Below are positions 1 through 8,635 of a stretch of DNA of 17,775 bases, piece after piece. Positions within the stretch are counted from its first letter, which is position 1; each line of letters starts with the position of its first letter. This DNA is from a bacterium. GTDB lineage: Bacteria; Babelota; Babeliae; Babelales; JAUWHS01. The stretch spans positions 1 to 17,775 of the forward strand of contig JBDRFY010000089.1 in assembly GCA_043818275.1 (NCBI GenBank), given 5' to 3'. Position numbers and translations under genes: made by a program. The notes below the pieces were generated by a model. It did no database searches and was not told the DNA's origin. It saw only the letters and a program-made list of their open reading frames with translations.

Positions 1-35
1 AATGTATCACTGTGAGTTTTTCTAATACGAGCCAT
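1..35 (-). CDS. N-terminus of a probable IS3-family transposase OrfA (partial, runs off window)
   Basis: ATG at 35-33 with AGGA about 6 nt upstream; reads MARIRKTHSDT(F/L), like the 'M..R+.(H/Y)S..FK' start of IS3 OrfA HTH proteins. Only 11 full codons are visible. Confidence 0.5.
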   Translation of the reverse strand, partial: MARIRKTHSDT

Positions 36-141
36 TGTGCATCCTATGTTTTAAATTTGTAATTTTTACCAACATTCATAGTCTACACTCCGCATTCAAA
101 AATTCTCAAATACAGTGGTCTGAATTTATGGGGTCATTATA
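1..141 (-). mobile_element. Left end of a probable IS3-family insertion sequence (continues off the window)
   Basis: On the minus strand the ATPase reads TGT CCT CAT (CPH, 150-142) and then switches to TATAATGACCCCATAAATTCAGACCACT, which resembles IS3-family terminal inverted repeats. About 105 bp inside is an AGGA RBS and an ORF starting MARIRKTHSDT. The other end is not visible, and the tip is TA rather than the usual TG. Confidence 0.62.
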
Positions 142-1032
142 ATGAGGACAAGTAATAACCATTACAGTAACCATTCGTTCTAGCGCGAATGCAAATGTTT
201 GGTTAAAAATTAACCATAAAATAAGAGAGAGAGACCCTGTAAAAATAGCGGTAAAGGTTAAATATTTTGCAAATTTATCTGCTAAATTTTGAGTTTTGGA
301 TTTGTTTTGTAAACTTTCTTTTACAAGTTTTATTACTTGTGCCAGATAAGTTTTATTACCTGTTTTTTGAACAAGTACTTCTAATGAACCTGTTGTATTT
401 ATTGATCCTCCAATAACAGAATCGCCGGTTTTTTTAAATTTAGGTTTTGATTCTCCTGTAACAAATGCTTCATTAATTTCGGATTGTCCGTTTATTATTT
501 TTCCATCAACCGGAATTTTTTCTCCAGGTTTTATTAATACTTTGTCATTTTCTTTTAATGCTTTTATTTCAATATCCTTAATCGAACCATCAGATAAAAT
601 TAGATGTGCTTTAGATGGTAATAATTTTATTAATTGTTCAATATTAAATGTTGCTTTCATAGTAGCCGCCATTTCAATTATGTGGCCAAGGAGCATAATA
701 TCTATTAAAGTGGCTAGTTCCCAAAAAAAAGTTTTTCCTTCGATTAAAAAAGTTACAGCGGTGCTATATAGATAAGCCACACTTATAGCTAAAGCGATTA
801 ATGTCATCATTCCAGGGGATTGTTTTTTTATTTCTTTATAAAAACCTGTTAAAAAGGGTGAACCGCCATAACCAAATATTAAAGTTGCGAGTAAAAAAAC
901 AATAAATTTGTCCCCTGAAAATTTTAGAGAGTAACTAAAAATATTTTGAATTGTCGGAGATAAAATTAAAATAGGAATAGTAAGAATTGTTGAAACAAAA
1001 AGTTTTTTCTTGAAATCTTTAATCATGTCCAT
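106..1032 (-). pseudogene. copB: Truncated P1B-type (CPH motif, CopB-like) copper-transporting ATPase; homologous part 142-1032
   Basis: PGMMTLI, FFWELATLIDIMLLGH, PGEKIPVDG, the TGES actuator motif and TM6 VMVITCPH are present. The expected ALGLA.P, DKTGT phosphorylation site and GDGxND are absent; 11 unrelated codons follow CPH, then a stop. Confidence 0.88.
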
Positions 1033-1062
1033 AGTAGTTTTCCTTTTAATTAAAAGATTGAA

Positions 1063-1091
1063 TTGTTTTTTTAAATGTATGCTGGTATAAC
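1063..1091 (+). promoter_or_regulatory. Candidate sigma70 promoter for asnB
   Basis: TTGTTT (1063-1068), 17-bp spacer, TATAAC (1086-1091) preceded by TGn (extended -10), in the divergent copB/asnB intergenic region. The AT-rich background lowers specificity. Confidence 0.35.
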
Positions 1092-1134
1092 AATTTTATG
1101 CCAGTTTTTTATTATTTTGTAAGGTTTTTAATTA

Positions 1135-3081
1135 ATGTGTGGAATTGCCGGTTTTTATAATTTATTTAGGTTTCAATTCAAAATAGATGAAGAATTATTG
1201 CATCTAATGCAAAAAAAGCTACAGCATCGTGGACCAGATGACAGGGGTTTTTTTGTATCCGATAAATATCAAATAGGTTTAACTCATTCCAGGTTAAGCA
1301 TAGTGGATTTGTCCAAATTTGGGCAACAGCCAATGATTGATAAAGAAAAAACGGTCGTAATCTCTTTTAATGGTGAAATTTATAATCATTTAAATCTAAG
1401 ATCTGAACTTGAAAATCTTGGTTATAAATATTTTTCAAATACTGATACAGAAACCTTAATTTATGCATACAAGCAATGGGGTATAGACTTTTTGCATAAA
1501 TTGGATGGTATGTTTGCATTTGCTCTTTTTGATTTACAGAAAAAAGAACTTTATCTGGTTCGGGACCGAATTGGAATTAAACCGCTATACTTTGCAGTTC
1601 AAAATGGAATTTTATCTTTTGCATCAGAAATTAAAGCTTTGGATGTTTTGCCATGGATTAATAAAAAAATATCAGATATTGCTTTTTATCATTATTTAAC
1701 TTTTATGATTCCACCTGCTCCGTATACAATTTTTGATGATATTTATAAATTACCTGCCGGATTTTACGCAAAGATTGATAGCAAAAAAAACATAACTTTT
1801 CATGAATGGTATAATCCGGTAAAAAAAATAAACGATTCAGAAAAGAAAGAGTTCAACAATGAAAGTTTTTGCATTGAAAAAATTGATAATTTATTGCAAG
1901 AAGCAGTAAAAAAAAGAATGATGGCAGATGTTCCGGTTGGCGCATTTTTATCTGGAGGAATTGATTCAAGTTTAATTGTCGCATTAATGTCGCAGCACTC
2001 AACAAAGTTAAAAACATTTAACGTTGCATTTAAAGATAGTCCCGAAATTGATGAGAGTATGTGGGCTAAAAAGGTGGCAGATAATTTTTCAGCAACACAT
2101 CATCAAATTTTAATTTCTGAGCAGGAAGCCTTTGATTTTTATGAGAAAATGCTTTATCACCTTGATGAACCTTTAGCAGATTGTGTTTGCATTCCTTTTT
2201 ATTTTGTTTCAAAAATTTGTCGTGAAAATAATGTGCCTGTTGCTCTGGTTGGTGAAGGGGCAGATGAATTATTTTTTGGTTATCCAACTTATGCAAAATA
2301 TAAAAAATTTAATGATTTTATTTGGCAGCCAACCAAAAAATTAATTCCAGGTTTTTTAAAAAAGGGTTTGTATAAAACATCAAAGCTCTTTTTTAGGAAA
2401 AATTTGAATGTGGCTGAGGTTTTACACAATTGGTCTAATAATAAATTTTTGTATTGGGGTGGAGCAATTGGGTTTAATGAATTGCAAAAAAATAAAATTC
2501 TGAATTCTGGTTTTTTTATGCAAAAAAGTTTGAATTCAGATTCAATTGTGCAAAAAATTTATGCAGGGTTGAAGTCTGGTTATGATAGTTCATTAATAAT
2601 TGATTATCATCTTAATAAATTACAAAAAATCGATGATAAATCGGATTTTTTAAAGCGTGTTTTATATCTGGAATTTAAACAACGTCTTCCCGAACTTCTT
2701 TTAATGCGCGCAGATAAGATGTCTATGGCTGTTGGTCTTGAAGCCAGGGTTCCCTACCTTGATCATAAATTGGTTGAGTTTATGTTTAATGTTCCAGGAA
2801 AGTTAAAATTTAAAAACAATCAGACAAAATATCTTTTAAAAAAAGTGGCGGAAAAATATTTGCCTAAAGAAATTATTTATCGAAAAAAAGTTGGCTTTGC
2901 AGCTCCAACGGTTCAATGGTTTAATGAGGGAAAATATTTTCCGGCGTATTATGAAAAAAAATCCGGAAAAATTAAATCAAAAATTTTTGATGCAAAAGAT
3001 TTTTACAACAAATATAAAGCAGGAGAATCTGTTATTGCTGTGCAAAAATGGATATTGCAAAATTTTGCCGCCATGAAGTAA
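1135..3081 (+). CDS. asnB: Asparagine synthase (glutamine-hydrolysing) family amidotransferase, probably glycan-amidating
   Basis: Ntn nucleophile start MCGIAG, HRGPD, RLSIVDL, FNGEIYN, TDTE, RDRIGIKPLY, FLSGGIDSS, GEGADELFFGY and EARVPYLD. Its glycan-cluster context suggests sugar amidation (inference). Confidence 0.93.
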   Translation: MCGIAGFYNLFRFQFKIDEELLHLMQKKLQHRGPDDRGFFVSDKYQIGLTHSRLSIVDLSKFGQQPMIDKEKTVVISFNGEIYNHLNLRSELENLGYKYFSNTDTETLIYAYKQWGIDFLHKLDGMFAFALFDLQKKELYLVRDRIGIKPLYFAVQNGILSFASEIKALDVLPWINKKISDIAFYHYLTFMIPPAPYTIFDDIYKLPAGFYAKIDSKKNITFHEWYNPVKKINDSEKKEFNNESFCIEKIDNLLQEAVKKRMMADVPVGAFLSGGIDSSLIVALMSQHSTKLKTFNVAFKDSPEIDESMWAKKVADNFSATHHQILISEQEAFDFYEKMLYHLDEPLADCVCIPFYFVSKICRENNVPVALVGEGADELFFGYPTYAKYKKFNDFIWQPTKKLIPGFLKKGLYKTSKLFFRKNLNVAEVLHNWSNNKFLYWGGAIGFNELQKNKILNSGFFMQKSLNSDSIVQKIYAGLKSGYDSSLIIDYHLNKLQKIDDKSDFLKRVLYLEFKQRLPELLLMRADKMSMAVGLEARVPYLDHKLVEFMFNVPGKLKFKNNQTKYLLKKVAEKYLPKEIIYRKKVGFAAPTVQWFNEGKYFPAYYEKKSGKIKSKIFDAKDFYNKYKAGESVIAVQKWILQNFAAMK

Positions 3082-3138
3082 TAATGATATTATTGTGTTT
3101 GTGGTAATTTTATTAAATTCAATAATAAGGAGCTCTTT

Positions 3139-3354
3139 ATGAAAAGAGCATTAGAATTTGATGCTGAATTAGAAGATGGGGTTATAAAAATTCCAAAGAC
3201 ATATCAAAAAGAATTAAAAAAAAAATTTAGAATTATAATACTTCTTGAAGATGAACTCCCTAAAAAAAAGATTTCTTTGAAAGATAAATTTAAATCAATT
3301 GAATTGGATACAAAGGGTTTTGAATTTGATCGGGATGAAATTCATGAGCGATAA
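3139..3354 (+). CDS. Probable antitoxin of a VapBC-like type II TA pair
   Basis: 71 aa with a strong AAGGAG RBS; C-terminal 'FEFDRDEIHER' overlaps the start of a PIN gene (ATGAGCGATAA), a typical antitoxin-toxin coupling. Confidence 0.75.
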   Translation: MKRALEFDAELEDGVIKIPKTYQKELKKKFRIIILLEDELPKKKISLKDKFKSIELDTKGFEFDRDEIHER

Positions 3355-3754
3355 GATTTTTATTGATACTAATATTTTAATTTATTTGTATTCCAAAACT
3401 GAATTAGGAAAGCGAGATAAAATAATAAAATCCTTAGAAAATAAAACCTTGGTTATAAGCACACAGGTTTTGAATGAATTATCTAATATTTTAATAAAAA
3501 AGTTTTATTTTTCTGTAGGTAATATTTTAGCTGTTTTTGAAGAGCTCTCAGAATTATGTTTGATTAGTATTATTCGTGTCAGTACTATTAAAAAAGCATT
3601 AATCATACATGAGCAATATAAATATTCTTATTATGATAGTTTGATTATATCTTCTGCTTTGGATAAATATTGTAATATTTTGTATTCTGAAGATATGCAT
3701 AATTCTCAAACAATAGAAAATTCTTTGACTATATTAAATCCATTTAAATTTTAA
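3344..3754 (+). CDS. vapC: PIN-domain ribonuclease toxin (VapC-like), 136 aa
   Basis: IFIDTNILIY, STQVLNE, YSYYDSLIISSA and LYSEDM provide the PIN acidic residues. Start moved from 3299 to the ATG at 3344, which overlaps the antitoxin stop. Confidence 0.88.
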   Translation: MSDKIFIDTNILIYLYSKTELGKRDKIIKSLENKTLVISTQVLNELSNILIKKFYFSVGNILAVFEELSELCLISIIRVSTIKKALIIHEQYKYSYYDSLIISSALDKYCNILYSEDMHNSQTIENSLTILNPFKF

Positions 3755-3771
3755 AATTTTGAGGCGGTTGA

Positions 3772-5184
3772 GTGGAGAATAAATATTTTTTGTTTTTTTT
3801 TACGATGATTTTTTTGATTTTCTCTACGATTTTATATTTAAATATTGATCCTATTAATCCGCATCAGGATATTGATTCAAAAGCATACACTGAAAGAGGT
3901 TTAAAATTTGCCAATACAGGTTCTTTGCTCGAGAATGATTTAACTCGGCCGCCATATTTTGTTGTTGGATATTCTTTTTTTATAGGTCTTATTTATAAAT
4001 ATTTAGGTCAACATCATTTTTATATTATTTTAATTCAGATTTTATTGGCCTTATTATCCGGTTTTTTAATTTTTAGAATTTGCCGGCGATTTTTAAATGA
4101 AACAATTGCCAGAATTGCTTTCGTACTTTTTTCTTTTAACTTAGGTTATTTGGTTTTTTCTCAATTTATTTTAACTGAGATTCTTTTGGCGTTTCTGTTT
4201 TTACTTTTTATGGATTTCTTTTTAATTTTTTTTGAAACAAAAGAAGGATTTTATCTTATTTCGGCATGTCTGATTTTAGGATTATCAGTTTTAATAAAAC
4301 CGGCAGCTTTGTTTTATATATTTTTTATTTGGACCTTAATTTTTTCTTTTTTAAAATTGCCAATTCACCATAGAATTGTATTTATTTTAATCGCGGCGTT
4401 TTCTTTTTATCTGCCGATTTTTGCTTACATGGGATTTAATAAAAAAAATTATGGTCATTTCAAACTTTCAGCGCTTGGTGAAGTTAATTTATATCTCTGG
4501 TATTATCCAAATGTTTTGGCTGAAAAAAATAGCACTGATTCTAATTTTGAGAGACAACTTTTAGATTTTAAAATTAAGGGTGATCGATTTACGCAAGATA
4601 GTTGGACGGAGATTAAAAAAGATTTTTATAAAGATTTAAAAAGACAACCATTTTTGTTTATTTATGTCTGGGGTAAAAACGTTGCCAAAACTTTGTTTGG
4701 CGCTTATCTGACCAATATGAAAATTTTAGTATCTGATATTGAGGGCGGAACGATTTCTTATTTTAAAGGACAGGGGACTTTCCTGGAAAAAATTCATCAA
4801 TATATTGCTGCAGGTGCTAAGTCAAATTGGATTATATTTATTGGTTATTTAGAAAGTATCTGGTCTATATTTCGTTTTGCGTTAGCATTACTTGGATTAT
4901 TTTATTTATTGTTAAAAAGACGATATGAACTTGTTTCAATTTTTTCATCGTTTATTTTTTATTTTGCCTTGATATCAGGGCATGATGGTTGCGCAAGATT
5001 TAGAATGATGTTTGAATTTGTTTTAATAATTTTGGCTGCTTTGGGTTTATATATTTTATTTTGGTTTGATTCTTCCATACTTGAACAAAAAAATGTTTTA
5101 TGTGATCCGCAAGTGACATCAAAAAAAGTTTTTTTTAAAAATAATTTTATAAATAAACAATTTTCAAGGTTGTTTAAAAAATAA
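3772..5184 (+). CDS. Multi-pass GT-C glycosyltransferase (ArnT/PMT, GT39/83-like)
   Basis: GTG start after GAGG; many hydrophobic segments; first-loop DIDSKAY, RPPY..GY, ILTE, GLSVLIKP and a late RFR motif fit lipid-phosphate-sugar-dependent transferases. Confidence 0.72.
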   Translation: MENKYFLFFFTMIFLIFSTILYLNIDPINPHQDIDSKAYTERGLKFANTGSLLENDLTRPPYFVVGYSFFIGLIYKYLGQHHFYIILIQILLALLSGFLIFRICRRFLNETIARIAFVLFSFNLGYLVFSQFILTEILLAFLFLLFMDFFLIFFETKEGFYLISACLILGLSVLIKPAALFYIFFIWTLIFSFLKLPIHHRIVFILIAAFSFYLPIFAYMGFNKKNYGHFKLSALGEVNLYLWYYPNVLAEKNSTDSNFERQLLDFKIKGDRFTQDSWTEIKKDFYKDLKRQPFLFIYVWGKNVAKTLFGAYLTNMKILVSDIEGGTISYFKGQGTFLEKIHQYIAAGAKSNWIIFIGYLESIWSIFRFALALLGLFYLLLKRRYELVSIFSSFIFYFALISGHDGCARFRMMFEFVLIILAALGLYILFWFDSSILEQKNVLCDPQVTSKKVFFKNNFINKQFSRLFKK

Positions 5185-5209
5185 ATAAAAATATTTATCG
5201 GGATCAGTT

Positions 5210-6250
5210 ATGAATAATGTTTTTTTTGTAATTTTAGCTGGTGGTCAGGGACAACGACTTTGGCCTTTAAGCAGACAAAATACCCCTAAGCCATTAATAC
5301 CTTTTTTGGGCGAGAAAAGTTTATTAGAACAAACGATAGAAAGAATTCAGGATTTAACAGAGAGCAAACAAAATATAGTGATTGTTACGGCTTCTGATCA
5401 GTTTGCATCAGTTAATAATTTAGTTAATGACAAAGTTGACCAAATTATTTCTGAGCCTGAAGGCAAAAATACAGCGCCCGCAATTTTACTTAGTTGTTTG
5501 AAAATAAAAGAGCAAAATGAAAATGCTGTTATTGTAGTTTTATCCGCTGATCATTTTATTCCTGAAAAAGGAAAGTTTCAGGAATATTTAAGAAATGTTA
5601 TTCAGTTTGCAAGTAAAAATGATGAGTTGGCGATTTTTGGCTTAAAACCCAGATATGCCGCAACGGGATACGGATATATTCAGGCCGATACTTTTTCAGA
5701 AATGAAAAAAGAAAATTTTGAAAGTTACAAAGTTTTAAAATTTCACGAAAAACCAAATCAGGACGTTGCCGATCTTTATGTTGAATGTAGTTACATGTTT
5801 TGGAATGTTGGAATTTTTGTTTCTAATTTAAAAACTTTTTTAAATGAATTTGAAAAACATCAACCGAAATTGGTTGAGCAGATGCAAAATTATTTAAAAA
5901 CAGGCAACGGTTATGAAGATTTACAATCGATTTCAGTTGATTATGCAGTGTTGGAAAAAAGTGAAAATGTAACAGTTTTTCCAGCTGATTTTGAATGGTA
6001 TGACGTTGGTAATTTAGATGTATTTTTAACACTGCAGGAAAAACATTACCAAAAACAAAAAAACATAATTGACATTGATTCTCAAAATAATCTGGTTAAT
6101 ACAAAAAAACTTGCAGTTTTAATTGATGTCGAAGATTTATGTGTCGTTGAAACTAATGACGTAATTTTAATTTCCAAACGGGATAAAGTTGAAAAAGTTA
6201 AAAATGTGGTTGGTTTTTTGAGTGAGCAAAAATTAAAAGAATTGTTGTAA
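5210..6250 (+). CDS. manC: Mannose-1-phosphate guanylyltransferase (no PMI domain)
   Basis: ILAGGQGQRLWPLSR..PK, EPEGKNTAPAI, ADHFI, TGYGYI, FHEKP, WNVGIF, SVDYAVLEKS and WYDVG. Confidence 0.92.
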   Translation: MNNVFFVILAGGQGQRLWPLSRQNTPKPLIPFLGEKSLLEQTIERIQDLTESKQNIVIVTASDQFASVNNLVNDKVDQIISEPEGKNTAPAILLSCLKIKEQNENAVIVVLSADHFIPEKGKFQEYLRNVIQFASKNDELAIFGLKPRYAATGYGYIQADTFSEMKKENFESYKVLKFHEKPNQDVADLYVECSYMFWNVGIFVSNLKTFLNEFEKHQPKLVEQMQNYLKTGNGYEDLQSISVDYAVLEKSENVTVFPADFEWYDVGNLDVFLTLQEKHYQKQKNIIDIDSQNNLVNTKKLAVLIDVEDLCVVETNDVILISKRDKVEKVKNVVGFLSEQKLKELL

Positions 6251-6252
6251 TT

Positions 6253-7185
6253 CTAAAAATTAACCTTTTCATCAATCAAATAAGTTGGTCGTTTTTTGAT
6301 TTCTTCAAAAATTTTACCAACATAAATTCCGATTATACTTAAAAAAAACATTATACAAGCTGATAAAAACAATATTGTAATAATTAATGATGTCCATCCG
6401 GTCATTACAACCATGCCAAAGAATTTCATAAATAAGACAATTATTGTTCCTAAAATACAGCCCAAAATTATAAAAAGAGAAAAAAACATCATTAAATAAA
6501 TTGGCATAGTTGAGAATGAAATAATATTTTCAAGCGCGAAAACTGAAAGTTTAAAATAATTATATTTGGATTTTCCTGCATATCTACGTCTTCGAATAAA
6601 AAAAAATCCTTTTTTGGGTAAACCTGACCAATAAATTAAACCTCGAACAAAGCGAGAACGTTCCGGAAGTTGATTAAAAATTGTCACTGCCTTTTTTGAG
6701 AGTAAACAAAAGTCGCCAGTATCTTTTGGAATATCAATTTTAGTAATTTTTTTGAAAAGAGGATAAAAAATTTTAGAAGTTATTTTTTTTAGCCAACTTT
6801 CATTTAATCTTTTTTCTCTCTGTCCATAAACAATATCAAAGCCATTTAAATATTCACGTTCAAAATCCAAAATTAATTCTGGTGGATCTTGTAAATCCGC
6901 GTCAATTAATACAACAGCATCTCCCGCTGAGTTATTTATACCGGCCGTTGTCGCGGCTTCATGTCCAAAGTTTCTGGTAAAGGAAATAATTTTTAAATTT
7001 TTATCATGATCACTTAATTCTTTTAAAATTTTTAAAGAATTATCCGCGCTTCCATCATTAACAAAAATAATTTCATAAGAGTTAAAATATTTTAATTTTT
7101 TTATAACATTGATCAGTTCTTCATAACATTTTTTTATATTTTCTTCTTCGTTAAAAGTTGGAGAAACTATAGATATTTTTGGCAT
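6253..7185 (-). CDS. GT2 polyprenyl-phosphate glycosyltransferase (GtrB/CsbB/YkcC-like)
   Basis: SIVSPTFNEEEN, VNDGS.D, RNFGHEAA, IDADLQDPPE, DTGDF, R.AGKSKY, two C-terminal TM helices and EIKKRPTY. Confidence 0.9.
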   Translation of the reverse strand: MPKISIVSPTFNEEENIKKCYEELINVIKKLKYFNSYEIIFVNDGSADNSLKILKELSDHDKNLKIISFTRNFGHEAATTAGINNSAGDAVVLIDADLQDPPELILDFEREYLNGFDIVYGQREKRLNESWLKKITSKIFYPLFKKITKIDIPKDTGDFCLLSKKAVTIFNQLPERSRFVRGLIYWSGLPKKGFFFIRRRRYAGKSKYNYFKLSVFALENIISFSTMPIYLMMFFSLFIILGCILGTIIVLFMKFFGMVVMTGWTSLIITILFLSACIMFFLSIIGIYVGKIFEEIKKRPTYLIDEKVNF

Positions 7186-7201
7186 TTGATTTTTCCCTGG
7201 T

Positions 7202-7229
7202 TTTACATTTTTTTGTTTAGTTATACACT
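7202..7229 (+). promoter_or_regulatory. Candidate promoter of the phosphonate operon
   Basis: TTTACA (7202-7207), 16-bp spacer, TACACT (7224-7229) in the divergent intergenic region; a purine-rich AAGGGG RBS precedes ATG 7272. Confidence 0.3.
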
Positions 7230-7271
7230 AATCAAATATTTAGGAAAAGGGTTTTGTGAAAGGGGTAAGAA

Positions 7272-7487
7272 ATGAGATTTTTAAAATGTTTTTTCTTTTT
7301 ATTTTGTCTTTTTTCTTTTCAGGATGTTTATTCATATATAGATCCGGGCACCGGAACATATATCATTCAATTATTAATAGCTGTTTTTGCCGGTTCGGTT
7401 TATTTGGTTAAAGTGTTTTGGGTTAATATTAAATCTTTTTCTTCCAAAGTTTTTGTAAAGATAAAATCTTTAAAACGCAAATTATAA
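7272..7487 (+). CDS. Small membrane protein with YIDPGTG motif, function unknown
   Basis: Good RBS; signal-peptide-like N-terminus ending VYS, then YIDPGTG, one TM helix and a Lys-rich tail. First gene of the operon. Confidence 0.8.
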   Translation: MRFLKCFFFLFCLFSFQDVYSYIDPGTGTYIIQLLIAVFAGSVYLVKVFWVNIKSFSSKVFVKIKSLKRKL

Positions 7488-7512
7488 TATCTATTGTTTA
7501 AAGATTAATAAG

Positions 7513-8625
7513 ATGTTTTTTGAACTGAAAAATTTATTTCATTTTTTTAGGTTATCTGAAAAAGAAAAGGAAATAGTTTTTTATTCGGAACACGCCGGTT
7601 ATTATCCAAGTTTTGAAGGGGTTTTACGAGAACTTGATATCCAGAGTGATCAAAAAATTTGTTATATAACTTCAGATATTAATGATCCAATTTTAAAAAA
7701 CAATAATCCAAAAATAAATTCTTTTTATATAAAAAGGTTTTTACCTTTTTTTATGTTGCTTGTTAATTGTAAAGTTTTTGTGCTTACGCTTACCGATTTG
7801 AATCAATTTCATTTAAAACGTTCAATAAATAATGTTCATTATGTTTATGTTTTCCATGCGCTTGTAAGTTCACACATGATGTATCGAGAGGGTGCTTTTG
7901 ATCATTACGATACAATTTTATGTGTTGGTCCTCATCATGAAAAAGAGATTAGAAAAAGAGAGAAAGATTTAAATTTAAAATCTAAAAAATTAATTTATGG
8001 TGGTTATTATCGATTAGAGAGAATCAGCCAGAATTATAAAAATTTAAATTTTAAAAATACAGGGAAAAATATTTTAATTGCTCCTTCATGGGGACCTCAA
8101 AATATAATTGAATCTTGTGGCGTTGAGTTGGTGCAAAATCTATTGAATTTAGGGTACAAAATTACATTGCGTCCTCATCCAGAAATAACTAGAAGAAAAC
8201 CGGAAATTTTAAAAAATTATTTTGATAAATTTACAGGTCATAAAAATTTTATTCTGGAAACAAATGTTGCCAGTGATGATTCAATGTTGAACGCGGATCT
8301 TTTAATTACAGATTTATCTGGAATTGCTCTTGAATATTCTTTTGGAACTTTGCGACCAACCTTATTTATTGATTTGCCTAAAAAAATTCAAAATAAAAAT
8401 TATAAGGATTTGGGAATCGAACCATTTGAAATATCAATTAGAGAAAAAATAGGTATTGTTATTAAACCGGAAGAAATAAAAAACATTGATGAGATTGCGC
8501 AAAATTTAATAAATAAAAAAGATTTTTACAAAGAAGAAATTGAAAAAATTAAGCAAGAAGCAATTTATGAATTTGGTAATTCATCGAGAGTTGGAGCAAA
8601 GGCGATTTTAGATATTTTGGGCTAG
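7513..8625 (+). CDS. CDP-glycerol glycerophosphotransferase family protein (TagB/TagF-like); candidate CMP-phosphonate transferase
   Basis: [13 protein letters not shown] and [13 protein letters not shown] match the APTW/R, K.HP and LITDYSS motifs of the family; 10 bp upstream of pepM. Confidence 0.78.
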   Translation: MFFELKNLFHFFRLSEKEKEIVFYSEHAGYYPSFEGVLRELDIQSDQKICYITSDINDPILKNNNPKINSFYIKRFLPFFMLLVNCKVFVLTLTDLNQFHLKRSINNVHYVYVFHALVSSHMMYREGAFDHYDTILCVGPHHEKEIRKREKDLNLKSKKLIYGGYYRLERISQNYKNLNFKNTGKNILIAPSWGPQNIIESCGVELVQNLLNLGYKITLRPHPEITRRKPEILKNYFDKFTGHKNFILETNVASDDSMLNADLLITDLSGIALEYSFGTLRPTLFIDLPKKIQNKNYKDLGIEPFEISIREKIGIVIKPEEIKNIDEIAQNLINKKDFYKEEIEKIKQEAIYEFGNSSRVGAKAILDILG

Positions 8626-8635
8626 AGGGGAATTT

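Noticed and set aside
3088..3127. TATTATTG/CAATAATA dyad upstream of the antitoxin as a TA operator
   Set aside because: Almost entirely A/T with a long spacer in very AT-rich DNA; not distinguishable from chance.
3299..3343. Longer N-terminus for the PIN toxin from the ORF track
   Set aside because: PIN homology starts at MSDKIFIDTN (ATG 3344), which gives the usual overlap with the antitoxin stop.
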